Below the pieces are notes generated by a model that was not told where the DNA came from, searched no databases, and was given only the letters and a program-made list of their open reading frames with translations. A stretch of 55,331 nt of DNA from Octopus bimaculoides (Eukaryota), in contig NC_068981.1 in the NCBI RefSeq assembly GCF_001194135.2, positions 90,067,538-90,122,868 of the forward strand. The letters run 5' to 3'. Below are positions 23,431-35,389 of the stretch, one piece after another. Position 1 is the first letter of the stretch. The number at the start of each line of letters is the position of its first letter. Position numbers and translations under genes: made by a program.

Positions 23431-24007
23431 GAACATTACTCATAATAATTGAACTTCTTCGTACATTACTAAACAGTCAAACATCAAGCTTATGTGTAAT
23501 GTTAAGTGTTACTACTACTTTTGCAATTATTTAATTGCCATAGTATATCGGAATTCGTTAATTATTTGTGTCAACAACTTTTTGTCAAAATCTTACAATT
23601 ACCTAAATTATGACAAGTCTGAGAAGTTGAAAATCTTCAGCCTCAGTTTGATTGTTTGCAATTGTCTATAAAGTAATGTCATGAATCTAATATCCAGCTT
23701 GATAAATTTGAATGAATAATAATTACCAGAAGAAATGCAAAAGTAAAGAGGACCTACATCGATGATAAGACAATGTTATCAACTTTTATATTAAAAGAAA
23801 CGTCTCATTTATTATGAGATCGAAATTTAGAAGAAATAACCACGCGATTACATCGATATATAAACTAATTACAATATTGTAAGTATTGTTGTTACTTAAA
23901 TTCTATGTTTAACAATAAGTATTATGATGTATCAGACATAAATACTAATTCTGAGGTGTGATCTACATTTAGCTAGCTGGGTAGTATATTTAAAAGCATA
24001 ATTTTCG

Positions 24008-24058
24008 TGAGTCATCCATGGGAAAGGCTTCCTATTGCTTTCACCGGGACTATAAAAG
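24008..24058 (+). promoter_or_regulatory. Putative Pol II promoter motif cluster (AP-1, Rel-like, TATA)
   Basis: TGAGTCA 24008-24014, GGGAAAGGCTTCC 24020-24032, TATAAAAG 24051-24058 in non-repeat DNA; motif match only. Confidence 0.3.
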
Positions 24059-24419
24059 GTATGTAATTGCTATGACAAACGAAACAATGGTCAATGCAGT
24101 TACAAAGTGCTGCTTCCGTTGCTTGTGTATTATAGCGGTAAATCGTTACATATTTGTAGCAAAGTGCACTGAAACACTAATAATTAAGTACCTTCACCAA
24201 GGATACAATACAATACCTGCGAAAAATATGAAACACTGACAGTACGATCAATGGGTTCTGACATTGAGTGATTGATTCGCTATTTTTATATCATGCCTTA
24301 AAATGAAGCTATATATATCTAACAGTGTTCAACTGGTCTTTATTTGTGATACACCAATTGAAGTATAGGAAAATGTCGTCTTTAAAAGCTATTTGGAATT
24401 ATTATTAATTGTTCCAAAC

Positions 24420-24596
24420 ATAAGTAGAGGGTCCGAAATTTTTAGAAGAGATAATCAATACCATCGATACCGATACCTGACTGGTATCTTATTTTATCGA
24501 CCCTGGAGAGCTGGCAGGCAAAGATGACTGCGGTGGGATTGAACTCAGACTATCGCAAAGTATTTTTTCCGGCGCTTCGGCTAACACAGCGCCCTT
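24420..24596 (-). mobile_element. SINE family N (degraded)
   Basis: ctggtatcttattttatcgaccc...ggtgggattgaactcagac. Confidence 0.6.
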
Positions 24597-24859
24597 GAAA
24601 ATATTAACAATTAAATTTAATTCATTAACTTTTTTCAGTTAATGTAACACCAGATAGGCTTCGTTAATGAGGTTTTAATAATGCTGTAACATAACCAGAA
24701 TTTTGTCTCGTACTTGCCGAAAACAAATTAAAATAATATTCCCCATTCATTAATATTGCTCTTCTGCGATGTATAATGATTTCTAGTTAGCTTTTAGTGA
24801 ACTCCTATATTAAATATATTTCCAGAAACTTAACTACATAATTACTGCTGGCATAGCAT

Positions 24860-25780
24860 AATTAGATGAACTCCCAAACCGATCTTGAAATTGCTTTCGT
24901 TCTCAGTAATTAACATAACGCTCTCCATGACAGACAGATATAATATACAACTCAATAAACCCAATCTTTAATTCCCTTTATACACAATGGTCGATTATGT
25001 CCCCTACGCTCTTCCATCTGCACGTTATCAAACTGTTGTCACTTCTTACTCCAATAAACATTCTTTTGTAGATGATATCCCTATTTAATTTCTCTTTAAC
25101 ATTACATACGCAAACTTTATCCTCACCTCATCAGCTATGGGCTGCTTCCATAGAAAGAAATTTCGAAAACAACATCCAACAGAGAGACGAGTCAATCAAT
25201 CAATCAAGCTTCCTTCACTGATACCAATATAAAATCTTTATACATGTCAAAAGATTTTTTTGTTCTATAAATTCTCATAGTAACATCAAATATAACATTG
25301 CTAAATATGCATCTCAAAGTTTAGGTTTATCTTAAGGGTCGGGAAATTCATAATCCCTGGTCAATTCTGACTCTACAAAGCTCAAGTAAAACTCCCATAA
25401 CAATATTGCATATCATGGCTGCTATACATCCTAGGCTCCATCCAAAAGAAGACTGTTCAACTGATTAGCAAAGACCCACTCACCAACATGCTACAAGCAT
25501 TAACCTTACTGATACCCTATTTCTTCTAGTTTCTCTTTCTAACACAACAAACTCTGTTTCGCTGAAGTAGCAAACTGCATAATTCTTCCACCCAAGCCCA
25601 CCCAACGCACCGATTCTTTTTCTCCGGACATCTTTGTTATGCCTCATTTCTCAGAACCAGTCTTACTAAATAAGCACTTTGCCTGATAATTTCTCTTAAT
25701 ATCTGAAACCTTCTGGAATTAATTCCTTCGATCTACCAGAGTTCTGAGCAACAACTACATTAATTTTACCTATCTGGAAA
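24860..25780 (+). mobile_element. CR1/Jockey-group LINE ORF2 fossil (RT core to 3' end)
   Basis: Colinear broken motifs SPTLFHLH...HSFVDD (FADD-like), LTLYKAQV..*QYC, SIQKKTVQLI, LCFAEVANCI, and a decayed xLWNxLP-like motif near 25710. Confidence 0.75.
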
Positions 25781-25964
25781 TGTCAGTAAGGGCCATAGGC
25801 ATTACATCTCTTTCTCTGATTAATTAAACAAAAGTACGAAGCATCATTCCCAACAACAATGAGATATGCTACATCGAAATATTTGCTGTCTTACGACTAA
25901 TGATCGAATAGATGGATATCTTGCGCATTTCGCCTCTGTGGCGATGAGTAAACTCATTTATTCT

Positions 25965-26021
25965 CAGAGAGAGAGAGAGAGNNNNNNNNNNNNNNNNNNN
26001 NNNNNNNNNNNNNNNNNNNNN

Positions 26022-26072
<51 letters not shown>
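25965..26072. repeat. (AG)n microsatellite spanning a gap
   Basis: Direct inspection. Confidence 0.95.
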
Positions 26073-26074
<2 letters not shown>

Positions 26075-27107
26075 GCAGCGAATGACTTTCATGATCTGAT
26101 AATGCATGAGCATATAAAAAAATAGATGTATACATAACAATCTGTATATCATAATTAAAGCAGATACATCGTTGAAAAGCCAAATATCTGCGGTATTCGT
26201 CTCGAAGTGGTACCTCTTACAGATGTATAGCGTTAAAGAACACTTACTATATTAAACTAATACTACTTCTGTCGCACATTACGAAATGTATACATCTTTG
26301 TAAAGATTTTTTTTTTTCTTTGCAGTTACTTCCATAAAGCCAGTCAATGTATACATTACGCATTTAGCAATGCTGGTAGAAACAGCTAATACTGATGTTA
26401 CTTAACTCCAAATGTTTGAACAAGAAAAACTGGTATAACCAACATGTATCGGCTCATGCAAACAAACAAAGAAAAAAAATAGCTTAATATATACTAATGC
26501 ATAGGTTTTAGTGAGCGAAGTTTGTAACAACATTCAATATAACATGAAAGCGAAGATGAACCAGACAATGCTAAAGAAATGAAAGTGAAGAGCAGCGAGG
26601 AGAGAGTGGCGAGTGGATAGTGGAGAGTAAAGAGCAAGTTCCGTAAAGTACAGAGAATCGAGAGCAGATAGTGTAAATAGGCTTATAGAGAGTAGTATTT
26701 CACTTCGAAACTTTTCTTATATTAACCAGAGCAATGTGTCGGCACTTACAGTTTGCTTATACAATGAAAACAGTAATTGTATTGACTTTTGGAGTTTGTC
26801 TTTTTTTTGTTTTATAATTCTTATTGTTTTGTTTTATTTTATTTTATTTTATTTTATTTTACGCCAACGCGAACTGCTGTTACAGATCCATCCATCGTCC
26901 TATGTTCTGAAGCGTAGTGTTTGTCTGGTTACTTCTTTACCTAAGTCGAATAGTAATCAATAAACGGAGCGAAGAAAATAATTGGAAAGAGAAGACAAGA
27001 TATTTGCAAAAGGTTTGGGTTTGTTTTGTTTTTTGTTTTATTATTATTATTACTTTGTATTGTTTCGTACTTCTTAAGAAAATGACATTTATTTAAAGTT
27101 TCTTTTT

Positions 27108-27111
27108 CTTC

Positions 27112-27143
<32 letters not shown>

Positions 27144-27182
27144 CTTCTTCTTCTTCTTCTAATTATTATTATTATTATTCTA

Positions 27183-27226
<44 letters not shown>

Positions 27227-27433
27227 NNNNNNNNNNNNNNNNNNNNNNNNNNNNNNNNNNNNNNNNNNNNNNNNNNNNNNNNNNNNNNNNNNNNNNNNNN
27301 NNNNNNNNNNNNNNNNNNNNNNNNNNNNNNNNNNNNNNNNNNNNNNNNNNNNNNNNNNNNNNNNNNNNNNNNNNNNNNNNNNNNNNNNNNNNNNNNNNNN
27401 NNCTTTCAGTCAATTTGCCCATAATTATTATCC

Positions 27434-27496
<63 letters not shown>

Positions 27497-27552
27497 GGTG
27501 GTGGTGATGATGATGATGATGATGATGATTATCGTAATGATGATAGTCATGT

Positions 27553-27597
<45 letters not shown>

Positions 27598-27665
27598 GGT
27601 GGAGGAGGAGGAGGAGGATATTAATGATGATCGAAATGATCGTCACGATGATTGCCTTGATATGA
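27108..27665. repeat. Triplet microsatellite cluster (CTT)n, (ATT)n, (GAT)n/(GGT)n/(GAG)n
   Basis: Direct inspection; source of the poly-M/I/T ORFs in the track. Confidence 0.95.
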
Positions 27666-28070
27666 TGATCTTGTTGATAATCAGGAAGACGGTATATTGA
27701 TCAATACGAGCATAATGAAGAGGACGATGTCCCAACTTCGTCCCAGCAGGAAACAAAATCTAGGTCGTCCTGAATGGCAAAAAGAGAAATATAATTCAAT
27801 ATAATGCTATATGTGTTTGTTGATGCTATGATAGTTTTATGAATATAACTGAAGAACTATCATACAAAAGTACGTGTGAGAGCGTGGGTGTATGCGAGTG
27901 TATGTGTGTATGTGTGTGTGTGTGCATGCGTGTATTTGTGTATTTGTGTTTATACGTTGTTGTTTAGCTCCATGTCTGGTTTGGTCCTGACCAAGAGTGC
28001 ATATGATCGAAGGTATTCCAGCCTTGACCATCCTACTTTTTACCTCCGGAAAGAATAGCTAATATCGCAA

Positions 28071-28299
28071 TTGTTGTTGGCACTCCGTCGCTTACGATGT
28101 CGAGGGTTCCAGTTGATCCGATCAAGGGAACAGCCTGCTCGTGAAATTAACGTGCAAGTGGCTGAGCACTCCACAGACACGTGTACCCTTAACGTAATTC
28201 TCGGGGATATTCAGCGTGACACAGTGTGACAAGGCTGACCCTTTGAAATACAGGCACAACAGAAACAGGAAGTAGGAGAAAGTTGTGGTGAAAGAGTAC
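28071..28299 (-). mobile_element. SINE family B, 3' two-thirds (head lost in gap)
   Basis: ttgttgttggcactccgtcgcttacg...agaaagttgtggtgaaagagtac. Confidence 0.9.
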
Positions 28300-29090
28300 N
28301 NNNNNNNNNNNNNNNNNNNNNNNNNNNNNNNNNNNNNNNNNNNNNNNNNNNNNNNNNNNNNNNNNNNNNNNNNNNNNNNNNNNNNNNNNNNNNNNNNNNN
28401 NNNNNNNNNNNNNNNNNNNNNNNNNNNNNNNNNNNNNNNNNNNNNNNNNNNNNNNNNNNNNNNNNNNNNNNNNNNNNNNNNNNNNNNNNNNNNNNNNNNN
28501 NNNNNNNNNNNNNNNNNNNNNNNNNNNNNNNNNNNNNNNNNNNNNNNNNNNNNNNNNNNNNNNNNNNNNNNNNNNNNNNNNNNNNNNNNNNNNNNNNNNN
28601 NNNNNNNNNNNNNNNNNNNNNNNNNNNNNNNNNNNNNNNNNNNNNNNNNNNNNNNNNNNNNNNNNNNNNNNNNNNNNNNNNNNNNNNNNNNNNNNNNNNN
28701 NNNNNNNNNNNNNNNNNNNNNNNNNNNNNNNNNNNNNNNNNNNNNNNNNNNNNNNNNNNNNNNNNNNNNNNNNNNNNNNNNNNNNNNNNNNNNNNNNNNN
28801 NNNNNNNNNNNNNNNNNNNNNNNNNNNNNNNNNNNNNNNNNNNNNNNNNNNNNNNNNNNNNNNNNNNNNNNNNNNNNNNNNNNNNNNNNNNNNNNNNNNN
28901 NNNNNNNNNNNNNNNNNNNNNNNNNNNNNNNNNNNNNNNNNNNNNNNNNNNNNAAAAGTCTGGTGCTTGCTTGTGTTTCTAGAAGGTCTCATGTATGAAA
29001 TTGCTTTAAGTGAACGAAACGTGCACAGAACTGCATTCACTTTTCAAATAGAATGGCTTTCCTCCTGGGTGATCCAGCACTGATCGGGAC

Positions 29091-29331
29091 GTAAAGGTAA
29101 AGGTAAAGTTTACCTTTTCGAGTCATGCCGACTCACAAGGGCCAGTTTCCCGGTTTCCATGAACGGGACACCGGTCCGTCGCAGGATTACTCATTTTTGC
29201 CAGCTGAGTGGACAGGAGCAGCGTGAAATGAAGTGTTTTGCTCAAGAACACGTGTCGCTCTGTCCAGGAATCGAAACCACAATCTTACGATCATGAGTCC
29301 AACACTCTAACCACTAAGCCTCGCGCTTCCA
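29091..29331 (-). mobile_element. SINE family C with an (ACCTTT)n RTE/BovB-type tail
   Basis: Minus head gtggaagcgcgaggcttagtggttagagtg, B box ggtttcgattcc, CORE-like block, ends ...accttt accttt ac. Confidence 0.8.
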
Positions 29332-29685
29332 CTAACACTGATCGGGGCAGGCAGAAATTGAATGATTTCCAGGCTTTATATCACGGTATCCGCCTATATT
29401 GCTGTTACGACAATAAGTAGCGGGTTTGACACTCCGAAAGTTGTTTTACAGACGCTCCGTTGCCATTTCTAATATTATTATGACTCTGTGAACTATGGTT
29501 AGGTTGTTTATAACCTGCCCTGAGTTCATACTCTCTTTTGGCAGGGTTAACTTTTGTTCTATGGAGTTCCTAGCAACCCTTTTCCCCAGGCTAGCCTGGG
29601 ATGTGTACCGGTTTAGTGGCCGATGATATGACCATGTAACAGATCACAAGTATCAAATAGAGCGGCCTGCACACATATATATACG

Positions 29686-29760
<75 letters not shown>

Positions 29761-29932
29761 ACACACACATACACATACACATGTTCACAGTTGTATGACA
29801 GTCTTTGATTATCCAGTACTTCCTTCTGCGTAGAAGTCGCCCAATTTGGTCGAAGAACGAAAGGACCACTAAGGAATGTTTCTTTTGAAAAATTTATTCC
29901 ATCAAAAGTAATTGTTCCGTTTTCATTTACAG

Positions 29933-29985
29933 AAGTGAAAATGGTTGACCAGGTCTTCGAGAGTCTATCAATGGCAGCAGCTAAG
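29933..29985 (+). CDS. Candidate 53-nt coding exon, unidentified gene (xVKMVDQVFESLSMAAAK)
   Basis: Acceptor ttttcatttacag|, donor AAG|gtaaag, open frame, non-repeat context; no homolog recognised. Confidence 0.3.
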
Positions 29986-30610
29986 GTAAAGTGTACTTTT
30001 CCTAAGGGCAGTAACTCCAGCAGCCATAGGTATGAAATAGAGTGTGTATGTGTGTGTTCGTGTATATATGTATATATTTTCACAAGAATTGTCATACTGA
30101 ATAATGTGCTAAACAGAAATTCTCAAATAGTTGGAGAACATTCACAAAATTTCTTTAATGCCTCCTTACATCAGACAACTCGGCTCAGCTTCATTGATCA
30201 AAAGTTGTTTGACACAACCCCGCACATCTATCTTTCTACTTTCTCGCCTAACTTGCTCAATGAACTCACAATGGTCTTAGAGGAATCGGTTTAGACAAAT
30301 AGTGTAAAACTTATGCATGATGTTTAATTAAGACTTGGTCCTATAGTTTTTCTTGCAACACACTGTTTTCATTCCCAATTTGGTTAATCAATTTGACTTT
30401 ATCTAGTTCTTTCAGATATACATGTCAGTGACTTTCAGTTGAACGTCAACATCATGTACCAACATCCACTTACAATACCCCTTCTTGGTGCTTTCACATC
30501 CAAATATTACCAATAATTACAAACATAGATCTAATACTATAATCCAGTTGGAATAACTACAGATTGCTAATTAGTTCGGCAGTTGTTTTGTTTGCCTTAA
30601 TCTTTAACAT

Positions 30611-30754
30611 TAGCTGTGTGGTAAGAAGGTAAGAAGCTTCCTTCCCAACTACGTGGTTCTGGATTCAGTCCAACTGCTTGGGAATTTGAGCATGTGTCTC
30701 CTGCAATAGTCTCGGGTCGACCAAAGCCTTGTGAGTGGATTTGGCAGACAGAAA
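30611..30754 (+). mobile_element. SINE family A, 5' part
   Basis: gctgtgtggtaagaag...ggattcagtcc...gaccaaagccttgtgagtggatttggcagacagaaa; runs into a gap. Confidence 0.75.
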
Positions 30755-30872
30755 NNNNNNNNNNNNNNNNNNNNNNNNNNNNNNNNNNNNNNNNNNNNNN
30801 NNNNNNNNNNNNNNNNNNNNNNNNNNNNNNNNNNNNNNNNNNNNNNNNNNNNNNNNNNNNNNNNNNNNNNNN

Positions 30873-31835
30873 ATATATATACTACATATAATATTTGTAA
30901 AAAAAAACAGAAAGGTTTTTTTACGGAGAGAAAGCTACTATGGAAGACTCATAGAATAATAATAACTGTATAATAATATATCATAATAATATATGTTCTC
31001 TGATTTGAAGCGACAATTTTTTAAGTAAAAACAAATGACCGAAAAATGATGGGCTAACCCTAGCCTAACCAGAATCAAACCCACAAATCAATGCATACGC
31101 GGATCCTTACGCATCCGATTGGGCTAAACGCTCCCCCATCAATTTCAGCCAATTTTAATGATTATATACTTAAACTGTCTAATACTATATATGATACAAT
31201 GAGTCTTCCATAGTAGCTTTGTTTCCGTAACTTACAAAGCCTTTCTGGATTGTTTACAAATATATATATTATTAGACAGTTTAAGTATATATTCATTAAA
31301 TTTAGCTGAAATTGATGTGTGAGCGTTTGGTCTAATCGGATGAGCAAGGAGCTATGTAAGCATTGCTTTGTGGGTTCGATTCTGGTAAGGGTTAGCTCAT
31401 CCTTTTTCGGTCATTTGCTTGTATTTAAAAATTGTCGCTTCAAATCGGAGAATATATATTGTAATGATATATTATTATACTATGAGTCTTCCATAGTATC
31501 TTTCTCTTCGTAACTTACAAAGCTTTTCTGGTTTGTTTACAAATATTACATGTAGTATTAGACTGTTTAAGTATTTATTCATTAAATTTTGCCGAAATTG
31601 ATGGGTGAGCTTTTAGCCCAATCGGATGCGCAAGGAGCCGTGTAAGTGTTGATTTGTGAGTTCGATTCTATAGAGGAAATCAAGTGCTTGACTCAACAAA
31701 TACTAGCATGATTTTTTTTTTTTTTGTTATCTTTTTACTTGTTTCAGCTAGGGTTAGCTCTTCACTTTTCACGCATCTGTTTGTATTTAAAAATGATGGC
31801 TTCAAATCGGAGAATACAAATCATTATGACATATT
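30873..31835. repeat. ~283-bp tandem repeat unit with one inverted block (foldback)
   Basis: atgagtcttccatag at 31199 and 31482 (period 283); 30873-31190 is the reverse complement of the same unit. Confidence 0.85.
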
Positions 31836-31837
31836 TT

Positions 31838-31955
31838 ACGCGGTCCTTTCTCAATGATTGACCGTCATCGATGACAGATGGGCGTCCACTACGCTCGCGA
31901 TCTTCACGGCCAGGGTCTCCCCTGCGAAATTGTTTAAACCATTTTCAAACTGACC
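31838..31955 (-). mobile_element. mariner transposase HTH fragment
   Basis: Minus V*KWFKQFRRGDPGREDRERSGRPSVIDD; truncated by a gap. Confidence 0.8.
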
Positions 31956-32410
31956 NNNNNNNNNNNNNNNNNNNNNNNNNNNNNNNNNNNNNNNNNNNNN
32001 NNNNNNNNNNNNNNNNNNNNNNNNNNNNNNNNNNNNNNNNNNNNNNNNNNNNNNNNNNNNNNNNNNNNNNNNNNNNNNNNNNNNNNNNNNNNNNNNNNNN
32101 NNNNNNNNNNNNNNNNNNNNNNNNNNNNNNNNNNNNNNNNNNNNNNNNNNNNNNNNNNNNNNNNNNNNNNNNNNNNNNNNNNNNNNNNNNNNNNNNNNNN
32201 NNNNNNNNNNNNNNNNNNNNNNNNNNNNNNNNNNNNNNNNNNNNNNNNNNNNNNNNNNNNNNNNNNNNNNNNNNNNNNNNNNNNNNNNNNNNNNNNNNNN
32301 NNNNNNNNNNNNNNNNNNNNNNNNNNNNNNNNNNNNNNNNNNNNNNNNNNNNNNNNNNNNNNNNNNNNNNNNNNNNNNNNNNNNNNNNNNNNNNNNNNNN
32401 NNNNNNNNNN

Positions 32411-32411
32411 N

Positions 32412-32444
<33 letters not shown>

Positions 32445-32790
32445 CATACATATCTATATATATATATACATACATATACATATATATACATGAGTGTGTG
32501 TGTGTGTATGTGTGCGTGCGCGCGTGTGTGTGCGTGTTTGTATGTATGTGTATGTGTGTGCGTGTGAATGAATGCAGGTATTGAGTTGTAGCTGCACTTA
32601 TACGTATTCAATATTGGATTCAGTCATCTGCTATGGCCATTATGTGCATGCGTATATGAATTATGAGGTGTAAGAGGGAAAGAGAAAGAGACAGAGCCAG
32701 AGAGAGACACAGAGACACAGAGACACACACAGAGACGGACAGACAGACAGACAGAGACTGGCAGAGTGTGAGAGAGAATCAACACAAGAA
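32411..32790. repeat. (TA)n/(TG)n/(AG,AC)n low-complexity tract
   Basis: Direct inspection. Confidence 0.85.
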
Positions 32791-33367
32791 GAAGAAAGAA
32801 AATGTATTTATGCTACACGTCGTTATGAATTTAGTTTTATGTCCGATTTGTGTTTACCACTTTCAATCAGTTTGACATGCTCTTGTCATATTGTTATGAA
32901 AGCTTCGATATCTCAACGCATTAACTTTATTTCCAATGACTCAAATAGGTGTTTAACAATAAAATACTGCAATTTCACTCTGTTCAAATAGAAAATATGA
33001 AATATAAACAATTATGGCTCAGTACAACCATCCATCTATGCATTCGTCCNNNNNNNNNNNNNNNNNNNNNNNNNNNNNNNNNNNNNNNNNNNNNNNNNNN
33101 NNNNNNNNNNNNNNNNNNNNNNNNNNNNNNNNNNNNNNNNNNNNNNNNNNNNNNNNNNNNNNNNNNNNNNNNNNNNNNNNNNNNNNNNNNNNNNNNNNNN
33201 NNNNNNNNNNNNNNNNNNNNNNNNNNNNNNNNNNNNNNNNNNNNNNNNNNNNNNNNNNNNNNNNNNNNNNNNNNNNNNNNNNNNNNNNNNNNNNNNNNNN
33301 NNNNNNNNNNNNNNNNNNNNNNNNNNNNNNNNNNNNNNNNNNNNNNNNNNNNNNNNNNNNNNNNNNN

Positions 33368-33880
33368 TCGTAAGCGACTTGAGGTCTAGTGATTAGGCGT
33401 GTTGCACTCACGATCTTGAGATCGTAGTTTCGATTCCCAGACCGGGCATTGTGAGTGTTTATTGAGCGAAAACACCTAAAGTTCCACGAGGCTCCGGCAG
33501 GGGATGGTGGCGAACCCTGCTGTACTCTTTCACCACAACTTTCTCTCACTCTTTCTTCCTCTTTCTGTTGTACCTGTAATTCAAAGGTCCAGCCTTGTTA
33601 CACTGTGTCACGCTGAATATCCCCTGAGAACTACGTTAAGGGTACACGTGTCTGTGGAGTGCTCAGCCACTTGCACGTTAATTTCACGAGCAGGCCGTTC
33701 CGTTGATCGGATCAACTGGAACCCTCGACGTCGTAAGCGACTTGAGGTCTAGTGATTAGGCGTGTTGCACTCACGATCTTGAGATCGTAGTTTCGATTCC
33801 CAAACTAGTTGTGCGTTGTGTTCTTGAGGAAAAAACACTTCATTTCACGTTTCTCCAGTCCCCTCAGCTGTGTATGGGTA
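33368..33880 (+). mobile_element. Chimeric tandem SINE array (family-C head on family-B body, then family-C element)
   Basis: Identical 72-bp block at 33368-33439 and 33731-33802; the first is followed by the B body, the second by a CORE body. Confidence 0.85.
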
Positions 33881-34954
33881 ATCCTGTGATGCAATAGCCT
33901 TTCAATCAGCGAAAACAATTAGCCTGCTCGCCTAGTGAGCGAGGGTGGGGGTCTCATTCGAAAGTTAAAACCATGCAAAGCGCATTGTGACCAGCGATGT
34001 ATAACCATAATCGACAGTCTGATCGATTACGTGATCAGGTAATATATATATAGAGAGAGGGGGGGGAGAGAGAGAAAGAGAGAGATTATAGTTATAGATA
34101 TATATACATACATATATACATATATGTATATACATATATATGTATATGTGTGTATGCGTGTGTGTTTATGTATATATATATAGAGAGAGAGAGAGGGGGG
34201 AGGGAAGAGAGAGAGAGAGAGGGGGAGAGGGAAGAGAGAGAGAGAAAGAGAAAGAGAAAGGTGACTGAATTAAATTAATAAAACACTGGAGACGCGAACC
34301 AATATCATGACAACTGCTCATGAATTATTCCCCTATGGAGGACAACTTCACTCAGAACCGTATTATCAACCTACAATTTCCAGATAGTAATTATCAAGGA
34401 GCAATTGTCATGAATGATCTAAGTATATTTGTCTGGGTCAGGGGAAGATTCTTGAAAGCAATTATTGTCTAACTTGGAAAACCTGCACTAGAATTCCGTT
34501 GAATTCAGTGGTCCCAGGGATGGCTGTGGAGTTAAAAGATTTCAGGGTTAAATCACATTGATCTGGATTAGATCCTACTTTGGGGGCATCATTGGCTATT
34601 GACTCCTGCCATAGCTAACCCTAGGTCGACTCAAGTCTTATGAGTGAAACTGGTTTGAGGAAGTTCTTTTGGCTAAGTTTACTTTTGGCTAAATTCACTC
34701 TAATGTAATTGTCTTGAACAAATCTCTAGTCTGAGGGAAAATCGAGACATTGAAACGCTGCTTCCTACTGCAGTGACTCCTATGTCAAGGTTTATTCCTC
34801 TCAGACTTTCTACGACTCGTCTTGGAGGCTCTTCAAAAAGATCAGAAATGCTGATCTTCGTTTTTTTGACGAAGTCATTAAAAATAATTAACCTTGAACG
34901 ACAGTCATATTCCAACAGAAAAATAAACTACAAATCTACAGCTGCTGCTGCTAC

Positions 34955-35013
<59 letters not shown>

Positions 35014-35041
35014 ATGATGATGATGATGATTATGATGATGT
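34955..35041. repeat. (GAT)n microsatellite
   Basis: Direct inspection. Confidence 0.95.
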
Positions 35042-35389
35042 CTTGCCTCAGTTTAACGCTAATTGAGCAGGCCCACGATCGAAATCGTTACAGATAGGGG
35101 CCCTCTTTCGAGTATCCTAGGTCTCGAGTTGCCGAGGAATTTGGTTAAAAATCCAGTCAGGAATTCTCAGGGGTTATTTCTGTCCGAGGAATTTCTGTAC
35201 GTATCATTTAAAAATTAATTACAATACCGTCTTAAAGTGCTAGGGTTGTTCAACGAACCGTCTTTGTGTATCATTTAAAGATCGTTCACTTAACAATTTC
35301 TCAGAAAAGAATACATCTGAAATAGACGAATCTTCTTCGAAAAGAATCCACCAACAGAAAATAATCTTCCTTATGGAAGAAAACAGACT

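Noticed and set aside
24018-24239. 73-aa ORF as a standalone gene
   Set aside because: Its start lies upstream of the TATA-like motif and it has no recognisable domain.
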